DNA of 64,000 nucleotides from Amphiscolops sp. MND2022 (lineage: Eukaryota), in the NCBI GenBank assembly GCA_964187785.1, contig OZ076415.1, positions 22,506,001 through 22,570,000 on the forward strand. Direction: 5' to 3'. The position numbers were made by a program, and so were the translations under genes. Positions 1 to 11,300 of this stretch are shown in pieces. Each line of letters starts with the position of its first letter. The stretch's first letter is position 1. The notes under the pieces were generated by a model. That model was given only the letters and a program-made list of their open reading frames with translations. It was not told where the DNA came from and searched no databases.

Positions 1-1163
1 AGCTTGTGATCATGTAACTAAATTGAGCACAAGTGTGAGTGAATTTAAATCTCAATCACCTGAAAAACCGAAGAAGTTCTCTGATTTTCGTCCAAAAAAA
101 AATAAAATTGTGAACCGGAACGACGGCAAAGAAAACCAAAATTTGAATCTTTTCCATGAACTATCCAGCAATTCAACCCCTTCTCACAATTATCGGATCA
201 TCTTCTCAACCAATCAAGTTCGAGGAGATTTTTAGTCGGATTGTAACTTGGCTTCATTTTGTAAAACTGACAAAAATAATTTATTTTTCAGCGTCTATTA
301 AATGGGGTTGATTTTGAAAATTCGCACAGATTTCAGTCCGAAAACTAAACGTTCCCAGTTTTTCTATATTTGCAGGGATCCATGAAAGCATTGTAACGGC
401 AAGCTGTTATCGGTCGCTTAACACGTTAACAGAGGTGGAGGAACCTGCAGAAATGGGTGAATCGCTCGGGACAGGCGCCCATCGCCACAGATCCATTTTG
501 CCTCCAGGGGTGAAATACGTCCCGGGGCCGCGGGTGCTTCGACGAATACTGTCCAACCGGTCCTAGTCTTTGATTGCTAATAGTAACGGGCATCTTTCTG
601 GCTCTCTAAAGACCACCGCTTAACTAGCATATAAAAACAATGCCAAGAATAAGGTAAGTTTCCAGTTCCAGGGTGACATGTGAATAAGATCTAAAATTGA
701 GGAATAAGATCTAAACTAGCGCTAGCGCTACTGAATAGAGCCAAAATCACTGAAAATACAGGAAAACAGGCACGAATATGGCAAACCACACAGCTAAAAA
801 GCTGGGGCGCAGGGACTCCAAGCACCAAACAAGATCTTTAGGCGAAAAGACTCATTTTTACGGTTTCCGCTACATAGGGTAGCATAATGCTGAAAATCGA
901 TAAAACCGGTGTTAGCACCTCAAAAAGAGTCTATTTTCGGATGTTCTTGCCGTCTCTGGCTTCTGTCATGGTGGCGCGCCCGTGTTTTTGCTCGTTCTTG
1001 CTCTTTGTTGTCGAAGTACCTGCCAATTTCGTGGAAACAGCGGAAAGAGCAATCACATGCTCAGTGCCACGTCACACATCGGATTAGAATTTTTGACAAA
1101 ATTTCTGAACATGTCAAAGTTGCAAAATCGGTTGATATTGCTGTACCAGAGCTTGCCGTTACA
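1..1163. repeat. Long direct repeat, copy 1 (runs off the left window edge)
   Basis: 1-1163 matches 6698-7860 at an offset of 6697, with about 4 substitutions seen by eye. Both copies end at ...AGCTTGCCGTTACA, after which the flanks diverge (tcactcc vs catggtg). Confidence 0.95.
392..1163 (-). mobile_element. 772-bp TGT...ACA unit with perfect 14-bp terminal inverted repeat (LTR-like or MITE-like), copy 1
   Basis: TGTAACGGCAAGCT at 392-405 and its reverse complement AGCTTGCCGTTACA at 1150-1163. On the minus strand a purine-rich PPT-like tract (aaagcccggggagtga) directly precedes the TGT start. Confidence 0.6.
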
Positions 1164-2290
1164 TCACTCCCCGGGCTTTATGCATGACGTCCCTGTCATG
1201 CGGAGAGGCTGGCATTGAATACATCGCCACATCATGAGTGCAATCCACGGGGGTCTCAAACTGATGTTGCAACGGTCCAGTGGCACTGTCATCTTTTGCT
1301 GATTGGGCAACCGTGAGGTCTTGCTTCTTGCCATCCAGAGAACCTGCATCGTCCAGAAACTGTTAAAACAGAGCTAGCTCGAGAGCTAGAAAACCAGTAT
1401 TCAAAAATGCACCTTGAAATTGATCAAATCCAAGATTCTATACATCAATCGAAAAAGCACCACTTTTGTAGCACGAGTTTTCTGCAAAATTCTGAATAGG
1501 ATCCTGCTAGCACTTTGGTTTTTGGACGTCTGAAATTTCTGTTACGGAGCGCTAACGCTCCAAAGCGCACGTGGTTCTCAGCAAAACATCTTTTCCACGG
1601 CAATAAAATTTCAGTTTGCAGCACAGTTAAAAGTTCTTTTCGCTAAAACTTCTTTTCAGCAGTGAAACCACTGTTTAAAAGGAAGACAAGCTGTTTCTTT
1701 GATACTTTTTTTACAGTTCGGCTTGGTTTGGGCAACACGCACTGATGTGCAGCTTCATACCTGTATAGAGTTCAGTAGCATCTGTCGAGGAGCGCATCAG
1801 AAGCAAACTACGAACTGCTCGGAAGAGTAAGCACTGGAGTAAAGCAGACAAAGGTAGATCAAATCCTGCCATTTGCAGATCAGGAGCGCGCGCGCTCCTT
1901 ATTTCTCCGGATATCACAATGGAATCTGGAGGAAACTTCTGGAAATCTTGAAAAAAAAAACAAAAATAGCACCTTTCGGGCGTTGCAATACATGTAGAGT
2001 TTTTGGGTTATTTATTGAATTAACAGAAGTATTTGAATTGAAACATCTCAAATAAAACTAAAACAAAAATGTCGCGACGTTTGTTTACATGACTACTAAA
2101 ATTAAGAAACAAAGTTGCAGAAAAAACTGCTCCAACAAGAACATCACGCTGCAAGGTATCCATTACCAAACGTAGTGATATCCTCCGGGCGTTATCCACT
2201 TGAGTTGATGAGTGTAGGGGTGTTTGTCTTCAACTGAGGCTCCCCGGGCCTTAGTTGACTCCCCGGGCCTTAGTCGTTGAGCACCCTCTT

Positions 2291-3271
2291 TCACATGAGG
2301 ATAGTGAGGAATGGACAAAATTGAATGCCTGACATAAAAATGCAGCAGGAAAGATTAAGCGTTAACGACACCTCCTTCCCCTTTGAAAGGAAGTGGAGTG
2401 TGGTTTGGACTGGATAGACATCACCATTCAATAGCAGCAGGACGTGGAACAAGCATGAAGCATCAGGAAATCCGATAAAGAAAACTGTGGAGACTGGGTC
2501 TGTCTCAAGACTGGAATAGTTGTTCGGAGGACGGCCACGCCTATGTCCCTTCGGTCAATGTGACCATGGTAGAACTTGGCGTGGTGGACGGCCACGGCGA
2601 CGTCCATCATAAAGGGACAACAGAACTTTTTGCCATGAGTGCTCAAAGTCTGTGCGCGGTGGTCGACCACGTCTATGACCAGTTGGTCGAGTTTTATCTG
2701 AACCACCAGGCAACCAATTGATAAAGACTGGCGGGTCAACCTGACTAAAATCCTGTAGCCCACGTTTAGCAGAATGTCGCTCCAAGGAGTCTTTCAGCAA
2801 ATTCGGCAGCAACTTCGTAGTTGATATTAGGGACTTTGTTCCAGGGAAGTGAGAGTTGCTTAAAGAATCATCCGATAAGGAAATGGAGGATGAGATAGAT
2901 ATTCGTTCAATCTTCGTATCACTTGAGTAGAGGTTGCGCTCGCGCAACCCATTATCACCGGCGTGATATTCAGGCAAAGTGTCAGCAACACCCATGGTTG
3001 TAGTGTCCAAAGATATTGGGTCCACCCCCATGTCTTTTGTTGGCTGTGTCAATGGTTCTGATTCGACGGCGTCTGAAATATTGATCTGCATTTGTGCTAG
3101 CGCTCGCGCTAGCGCTCGCGCTAGCAGTTTCTCCTGCCAAAGCGTGCTTTGTTCCAAAAAGTCTGAAATCTCATCCATCCAGAGTCCCGTAGTCCAGAGT
3201 GCGTCGAAGGCACGCAACACTGCTGACTTGAGCTGTTCAGGATCAAATTTCGAAGTCCCATAGGAGTCCAT
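2291..3271 (-). pseudogene. Putative AT-hook protein (3 x RRGRPP) with N-terminal H15/winged-helix-like segment, interrupted by one TGA at 2555-2557
   Basis: ORF 2555-3271 (238 aa) contains GHRRGRPPR (2654-2680) and GRRRGRPPR (2579-2605). In the same frame just past the stop lies a third GHRRGRPPN (2522-2548), and the frame stays open to a TGA at 2291-2293. Confidence 0.55.
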
Positions 3272-4439
3272 AATTTATGACTCCTGCCGGCAATTTTTTC
3301 GAACCGTGGGTTTTGCTTCGTTTGCACCCAGGAAGGTCTACTGGCCCCTTCCGTTGGAAAATGAAGGCTTTTTGGGTCTGCCTCCTGTACAGCGGAAGTA
3401 TTGAAGATTTACAATGATAGATTTTCTGGTGTTTTTTGAATTTTGTTCAAGACGTGCGTCTGAACACAGTCAAATTCAGTTTTATCAATCGTACTGGGTA
3501 CAAAATGACACAGCACAATTTGTCAGCCACACAAGTCAGAAAAATAACCTTTCGTAGCTGATAATTGCCTCCAGCTCCAAGCTAGAGCCTTTTTCACCGA
3601 TTTTTTGATTTTTCAACTGTTTTCGAAAATCACTCAGATGGCTTTTACAAGTGCTGGAAATGTGGTATCGGGCTCAGATCTGATACTGACGTTCCGTATC
3701 ACCGTGTCTCGATTGACACGATTTTTCACATGCAATCAAAGACTCTCGTCCACAGTGCTGAGCTCTCGAGCTCACTTTTTCAGCAACGGTGCACCAAATG
3801 ACACTAATAAGAATAGTCCAGGGCAATGTAATCCCAACTTCCCAATAAGGTGCGCCGATAGTTCCAAAAAATGATCCAATTCGTTACAATACACAGGATA
3901 TCACAACTTCAAGTAACAAGATGCTATGATCCAGCAAGGCAGCCCACTCGATACTGATCAAATATCACACGCACAGCAATGAACGAACTACTGGGAGTTC
4001 AAACTAGGGGTTTCCACAGGTTTCCAACACGTAGAAATGACTTTTTTCTCACTTTCCCAGTTTTCGTCTCGGTGAGACCTCTAACAGACACAATGAATAT
4101 GCACGTCCGAGAAGCGTCGAAATAAGTTCCAAGGGTTGTAGCGTGCTGGAAGGTATACAGCACTCCCGGATTGATGCACTGACCCCAAAAAGTGAGTCCA
4201 GAATCGGGGTATTAGGATCCAGTCACAGGTCAGAGATTTTTCAGGTATTTTTTGGGTTTTTCAGATTTACTTAAAAAAAACTCCAGAGGCTAGCGCTAAC
4301 GGTAGAAACGCAGGATCGGCTTCAAAATCAACCACAAAATCCCACGTATGTTGAGGTACACGGGAATAATACATGATTTGTGCTGAGATGACTAGGTGAA
4401 GTTTCAACACAGTATAGATTTTCGGTATCACTGTGTTCC

Positions 4440-5430
4440 AAGATGTACTGTTTTTCACGTGTCAACCCAGATTCTGGCGAACTGCAAAGAGCGCTCACGC
4501 TCGTTTTTTCGGCAAAAATACGATAAACTTGCACTGGTTACGATGGTGGGCAGCAATTTGGCCCCACTCTTTGAATAAGGTGTTCAGGTAATCCCACAAG
4601 ACTTCGTAGAATTCGCCTTCTTGCGCACCTTCTCGTGCAGTTTGTTTTAGTCACTTTCTCAACAGATACAGTACCAATTGACCCCAAACTTGGCAGGCGC
4701 TGCCAGTGGGCACCGACCACGCTGTTAGAATAGTAAAACAGACGCTGGTAGGCTTGCAGGGGGTCTCCTCAAGGATTTGGCCCTCTGCTCGTCTCGGTGA
4801 GGACTTAAGAAAATTGATGTTTTTCAACGTCCAAGATTTTTTAAAACACGTTCTAAGGCTCGTAGGCTGTTCAAAATTGCACCGCACTTTCCCACAAGCA
4901 CACTGGGCCAAAGAATCAACCTGGTTTAGGGCTAAAAGTCTTCAGTCACCCACAGGAAGAATTTCACAGAATTTTTGGATTTTCCAAAAATCGCACAACA
5001 ACTCTCCAGAGGCTCCTGTGTGCACTGGAAGCGCCGTATCCAGCCCAATATTGACCAGCAGATCTTAGGTACACGTAGGTTTACGAAAATGAACACAGAA
5101 TTGAGCTGCACCCCTTCTACAAAAATACACTGTACCAAAAAAATGTACCAAAATACACTGTTTTTCACGTCTTTTTCAAGATTGCGGTCCACTGGAAGGA
5201 GCTAGCAAGCTCAAAATCTCTGCAGCAACGTAGGAACTAGCACAAGTTACAATGGTGGGCTGCAATATAGCCCCACCCTTCGGCTGAGGTACCCGGGTTA
5301 CTTGGAAAAATTAAGAAAAAACTGCCTTTTTGCGCACTTTTTTGGGGGCCGCGTTTTTCCTATTTTCTCAACAAGTATCACACAAAGCGGCACCAAACTT
5401 GGTAGTTTATGCCAGTGGGCACCTACAATG
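4440..5430. repeat. Diverged internal duplication (offset about 709 bp) with GTGGG...CCCAC hairpins
   Basis: Shared blocks: actgtttttcacgt (near 4447/5157), ttacRatggtggg..caat..Rgccccac (near 4538/5247), ccaaacttgg....gccagtgggcacc (4684/5393). An inverted, further diverged hairpin copy lies near 5570-5620. Confidence 0.7.
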
Positions 5431-6697
5431 CCACTGATATGGTCGAATTGAAGCGCGAGCGCTTATTTGAGGTTTCGACCTACTATGTACGCTGTACACG
5501 AAAAAACACTGTTTTTGACGACTTTTTTCACAAATTGACCAAGAGGATCACCTCAGAAAGTGATACGGCGGGCAAAATGGGACCAACGTGTTGTCCCACT
5601 ATCCGTAGCACTGGGATAAACCCTCAATTGGTGGTGCCCACTAGGTGTAAGGCACTGACAGTCCTGCAGTTTTCGATTTTTTCGGTCCTTTTACGCTTCT
5701 CTGAAGTCGAAACGTCAGAGAGCTTTTCTCGACTTTGGTGAGCGATACGCACATCAAATTTTCGGCACTAACGTTAATTTTTGTGGTGGTTACGAAAATG
5801 CAACCACTTTTGGCTAGGGTTCAGGAATCGATGACCCGACCCTAGCTCAGAGACAGTCCGGTTTTGTGGAAAATTGATCAAATTCAGAGCGTTTTTCCAC
5901 TTTTCTCACTGAATGGGAGTTTTTACACGCAGTTTTCACCACCACGCGTTGTTTTTACTATAAAAAGAGAAAATGAGAGCGCGCGGGCTCCCAGGTCTCG
6001 AAAACACTGAGTGCCCCAGAGGTTTTAATGATGCACTTTGGCACTCCTGAAACTGGCCAAAAATCAAGGTTTTTCAACCTGTTCTCACCAAGAAAACAAT
6101 ACAAGCTCTCTTAAACCCTATTTTCGGTACTGTGGAGTGTGCCCCAAACTAATAGCAGCACGGAAGAGGCAATTACATCACAATCCAGCACTCTCCCAGT
6201 GGCATTTCGTAGTGGTTTTTTGCCAATTTCGCCAAAAACCGGGTTTTTTCATGCAAAATGTGTCTCAAAAAGGTCTCCAACGGCCTTTCTGGTTGTCGTT
6301 ACCTTATGTAGCATAACCCTCAAGGTTTTGGGCTGCTTTCTATTTATTATTGCAACTGCTGTGGCTAATACTTCGAGCGCTCGCGCTCGTACCAAGAAAA
6401 GTACTCAAAAATGCCAAAAATCACGTTTTTGCAACTTTTGCACTAAAAATCGCACTTTTTTCACTGAAAACAGGTGCAAAAGCACACACTCAGTTGCAAC
6501 AGGGTAAAACTAGCATGCACAAATGATTCCCGGTCAGAAAATACACAATCTAAATTTTTTTCATACCATACTCCAAAAAACTGATTCTGCAGATTTTCAC
6601 GGCTTCAAAAAAGCTTGTTAAAAGTCGAATACAACAAGAAGATATTTTCGCATAAACGTTTCCGCGTCGCGTTAAATTCTGTGGAGCCTAGTTCAGG

Positions 6698-7860
6698 AGC
6701 TTGTGATCATGTAACTAAATTGAGCACAAGTGTGAGTGAATTTAAATCTCAATCACCTGAAAAACCGAAGAAGTTCTCTGATTTTCGTCCAAAAAAAAAT
6801 AAAATTGTGAACCGGAACGACGGCAAAGAAAACCAAAATTTGAATCTTTTCCATGAACTATCCAGCAATTTAACCCCTTCTCACAATTATCGGATCATCT
6901 TCTCAACCAATCAAGTTCGAGGAGATTTTTAGTCGGATTGTAACTTGGCTTCATTTTGTAAAACTGACAAAAATAATTTATTTTTCAGCGTCTATTAAAT
7001 GGGGTTGATTTTGAAAATTCGCACAGATTTCAGTCCGAAAACTAAACGTTCCCAGTTTTTCTATATTTGCAGGGATCCATGAAAGCATTGTAACGGCAAG
7101 CTGTTATCGGTCGCTTAACACGTTAACAGAGGTGGAGGAACCTGCAGAAATGGGTGAATCGCTCGGGACAGGCGCCCATCGCCACAGATCCATTTTGCCT
7201 CCAGGGGTGAAATACGTCCCGGGGCCGCGGGTGCTTCGACGAATACTGTCCAACCGGTCCTAGTCTTTGATTGCTAATAGTAACGGGCATCTTTCTGGCT
7301 CTCTAAAGACCACCGCTTAACTAGCATATAAAAACAATGCCAAGAATAAGGTAAGTTTCCAGTTCCAGGGTGACATGTGAATAAGATCTAAAATTGAGGA
7401 ATAAGATCTAAACTAGCGCTAGCGCTACTGAATAGAGCCAAAATCACTGAAAATACAGGAAAACAGGCACGAATATGGCAAACCACACAGCTAAAAAGCT
7501 GGGGCGCAGGGACTCCAAGCACCAAACAAGATCTTTAGGCGAAAAGACTCATTTTTACGGTTTCCGCTACATAGGGTAGCATAATGCTGAAAATCGATAA
7601 AACCGGTGTTAGCACCTCAAAAAGAGTCTATTTTCGGATGTTCTTGCCGTCTCTGGCTTCTGTCATGGCGGCGCGCCCGTGTTTTTGCTCGTTCTTGCTC
7701 TTTGTTGTCGAAGTACCTGCCAATTCCGTGGAAACAGCGAAAAGAGCAATCACATGCTCAGTGCCACGTCACACATCGGATTAGAATTTTTGACAAAATT
7801 TCTGAACATGTCAAAGTTGCAAAATCGGTTGATATTGCTGTACCAGAGCTTGCCGTTACA
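6698..7860. repeat. Long direct repeat, copy 2 (contains 772-bp TIR unit 7089-7860)
   Basis: Match to 1-1163. In this copy the TIR unit is flanked by cat on both sides (7086-7088 and 7861-7863). Confidence 0.95.
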
Positions 7861-8156
7861 CATGGTGGCTCAATTTTTTAAAAAAATTGTTTGCTAGGTA
7901 AGCTCGTTTCAGGCCAAAATAATTTCATCTGTCACGAAAGAATGCATATCAATCTCAGAATGCACGCCGTGCCAAATTCATACAAACACGCAAGAAATGA
8001 AACACCGCTGAAACATATATTTAGATTATGTAACTACATACATACATACACCTTCATTATACTTTTATTATACTTGTGAAAAGCTCACTACAACCTTATC
8101 ACAAACTCTATTATTATTATTATAATTGAACCAATAAACTGGAATATTGAGAAATC

Positions 8157-8309
8157 ATGAAAACCAGAGTCTCAAAACCTCGCCGAGCTCTTTCTTTTGA
8201 CCTGAGCCGAAACTTGTACATCGACGAAAATGACCTTGAGAATTTGACCTTTATAGGTCACGGGTCATTTGGTCACGTGTGGAAAGCCGACTACAGAACT
8301 CAGGGAACT
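8157..8309 (+). CDS. Kinase-WD40 gene exon 1 (Gly-rich loop); donor uncertain
   Basis: MKTRVSKPRRALSFDLSRNLYIDENDLENLTFIGHGSFGHVWKADYRTQGT. Only a weak donor (GTTCTT at 8310) gives a sensible in-frame join. Confidence 0.6.
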
Positions 8310-11300
8310 GTTCTTTTCACTCTCCGGAAACGTTTTGAGAATTGGCATCTTCAGAAAAATGCAGAGCATAAACCATAAAACATTTTTATTTAAGAAAAAC
8401 AAAAAAACTGAAAAATTGACATTTAGATTGAACTTCCATAGTTTTGCTTTTCCGAACCTTAATTTCAGAAGCCATCAAATTTTCCGTATTTAGCTTTCCT
8501 TGAATTTGAAAAAAAAACAGGAAACTTCGGCTATTTTTGCTACAATGTATTCAAATTACACTTTCATAATGCAAAAGATATATATGTCGTCGAAAAACAA
8601 TCGACCAAAATCTGAACGGTCATTTTCTATATTCTGGTTATCAAGCAGCGAAAACTTCGAATTTTATTGGTGACTGAGTTCAAGCAACTTTGAAACGTAA
8701 GTAGACATTTTCGAAATGATGTTAAATGGGGAAAGTGAAAGCCAACGTGCAGGGAAAACCAGTGGCCGTGAAAAAGGTCAATGTCCCAATTGAGGAGGAA
8801 GGGATGATTCTGAACTCGGTGAACCACCCCAATGTTATTCAGTACTACGGAGTCATTCACAGCCCCCCTAACTATGCGCTGGTGATGGAATACGCAGAGA
8901 ACGGGTCACTGGCCGAATTCCTTCACAAAGAGCAGCAGGCGATAGACTTCGGGTGCAAAGAGTCGTTCATTCAGCAGATTTTGTCAGGTATGTTTCAGTT
9001 AGTTACCTTTAGAGAAATGTTTTTTTGGGGCGGTAAGTTAGGGTTGCTGTGGTATAAAGTTGTGTGGACCACAAGTCCTAATCAGAATGTGTTCTAAGGT
9101 GCATTATAACAAAATGAGCGCGACTGTTACCGTGGAAAGTTTTTTTCTTTCCTTTGTCAGAAAACAGAATATATGCGTAGTGGACACTTTTCCCAGAAAC
9201 TACTGGACTACTGGACAGGCTGCGGAAACGCATATAAGTTAGTGCAAAGGGTCACCCTTTTCATTTATTCCATTGGTAACGTAACATACAAAACCGGACG
9301 AGACTAAAGGGTCCCCATCTCGATATTTTTTCGGCACTGTAAGACTCTTTTTTGAGAATTTTTCAATGTCTGCAAAGGGTCCCCATTCAATTTGATATTG
9401 ATATTTTGCAACGAATTGGATGTTAAAAAGTCCCCAAGGGTCACCCTTTTACATTCTTCTTAATATATATCCATCAATAAATTTTTTGAATACAGTCCAA
9501 ATTTTTTACGCTATATCCGAACTATATTGCGTTTTACTAAGGAGGAAGTGGACGTTCGAAAATATTGCGCTATATCCGAATTATGACGTTATATTCAAAG
9601 TAAATTGCGTTTTACTAAGGAGAATGCCGAGGTGCGAAAGAAAGCGCTTCCATGTGGCCCAGCACACTATATCTGAACTTTTGAAGCGTTTTCGGAGCAT
9701 GAAAGGCAGCCTTTTGGTGTTTCAACACTTTTTTGTGAATTTTTCATTTAAAAAAGTGTTGAGCATAATTTTAAAACTTTGCGCAATTCGAGCCCTTAGT
9801 ATAGCGCCGACTTTAGACCTTCCCGTATTGTTGTTATTTTCCGCCCATATTTCATATGGGAAAGGAAAATATTTAAATCAAACGGGTTTTTTTTTTTTTT
9901 TTTTTTTACAAAATTTGCCAAGATTTTATTTATATTTAAATTTAAGGGTGTTACCCATAGAATTCAACCCACATAAATTTAGCTTCGTGCGATATGTATT
10001 TGTAGAGATTTTTGAAGTTTTTTTAAAAAATGACGAAAATGACGAAAATGACCCCTTAATGACAAAATGACCCCGAAAATGACAAAAATTCCCAAATTTC
10101 TCATTTTTAAACATTTTTATGCAATTTTTGCCATTTTTTGAGACACCGCGAATTAGAAAAATGGACAAGATGAATCGAAGCTTTCTTTTCTTCGAACTTC
10201 TCAGCGTTTTTATAGTGCATTAGTTATTCTTGAGCCTCAAATTTATGTAGTTGTAGAACAGTTCGGGGCGGAAAATATCCCGCTCCTCAGCGGGCGTCTT
10301 GTTCTTTCTTTTCCAGCAAAATTTTCCGAAACTACTGGCCAAAGTTGGAAAGTTCATTTCATTTGGCTTCGATATCAGCGCGTGTGTCTGGCGTTGTGAT
10401 TGGAGCTGGAAAGCAAGTAAAAGTGGGCTCAAATCCCGCGTTGTGATTGATTTTTTGTACACTACTGTTCAGGTAAGCCGTTGACAATGCGATATTCATT
10501 CGAACGAATGAATTGTCAATGGCTTGAGTATATGTATATTTGCAAAAGTGGAGAAGAGCAAATGGTTCCCACTTCAGCTTTTTAGACGGCTCAGTGCGTC
10601 TGTTTCAATTTTCAACAATTTGAGAAAGTATTGAGTGAAATCATTGTCACTATGGAGTTTTTCTGATTTCCAAAATGGGGCGATCGAGATATCCTGTTTG
10701 GTTGTTAAACTGGAATATATTTCTTATGAATTTGATGGCTATTGGAAAACCTTCTACTTTTCGGTAATTCTGCACAACTGGGGCGGCTCACTTGTGCATG
10801 TGTTCAACTTCAGGTATGACGTACTTACACCATGGTGCTAACTTCCCAATTGTCCATCGAGACTTGAAGCCACAAAACATCCTGTTAACGAACAACTTCA
10901 CAGTCACGAAGTTGGCCGACTTCGGATGCGCGAAGCTGATTGGAGACGAGACAATCTCGGGATCTAACAAGGGCAGTTTCCCATATATGGCACCTGAACT
11001 TATCCGACAAGAAGGAAAACTTTCCAGGGCAGCTGATGTTTATTCGTTCGGAGTCGTGGCGTGGGAAATTTTGACTCAGAAACGACCTTTTGCTGGTCAA
11101 ACTGAATATCAGATTATTTTTTACAAGGTAAGAAAATGGTAATAACTTGCGTTAGTTTCGCAATTTAGCTCATAAATGAATCATCGATGGCCCATCGACA
11201 TGAAAATCGATCTTTGGTTCTTTTTCTTTTTACCTGACACTCTATAAAAACGCAATCTTATCGAATTTATTTCACTAAAAAGTACTTTTCAACATTTCCT

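Larger units (their letters stand above)
392..7860 (-). mobile_element. Unclassified non-autonomous, LTR-like or tandem repeat-bounded element
   Basis: Two near-identical terminal units and a PPT-like junction at 1164-1179. The 5.9-kb interior has no RT, integrase or transposase motif in any ORF. No canonical TGG PBS follows the putative 5' unit. Confidence 0.45.

Noticed and set aside
628-720. Spliced-leader RNA or hammerhead-ribozyme (retrozyme/Penelope) interpretation of the terminal repeat
   Set aside because: AATAAG|GTAAGT resembles some SL donors, but no U-rich Sm site follows. I found no CUGANGA...GAAA core with closing stems on either strand.
2479-3263. Plus-strand open frames (2479-2721; ORF 2979-3263)
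   Set aside because: They lie antisense to the GC-rich AT-hook ORF, have no recognisable motif, and are likely shadow frames.
9420-10070. 216-aa ORF in intron 2
   Set aside because: Made of dispersed-repeat modules and poly-T with Phe/Leu-biased translation; no domain.
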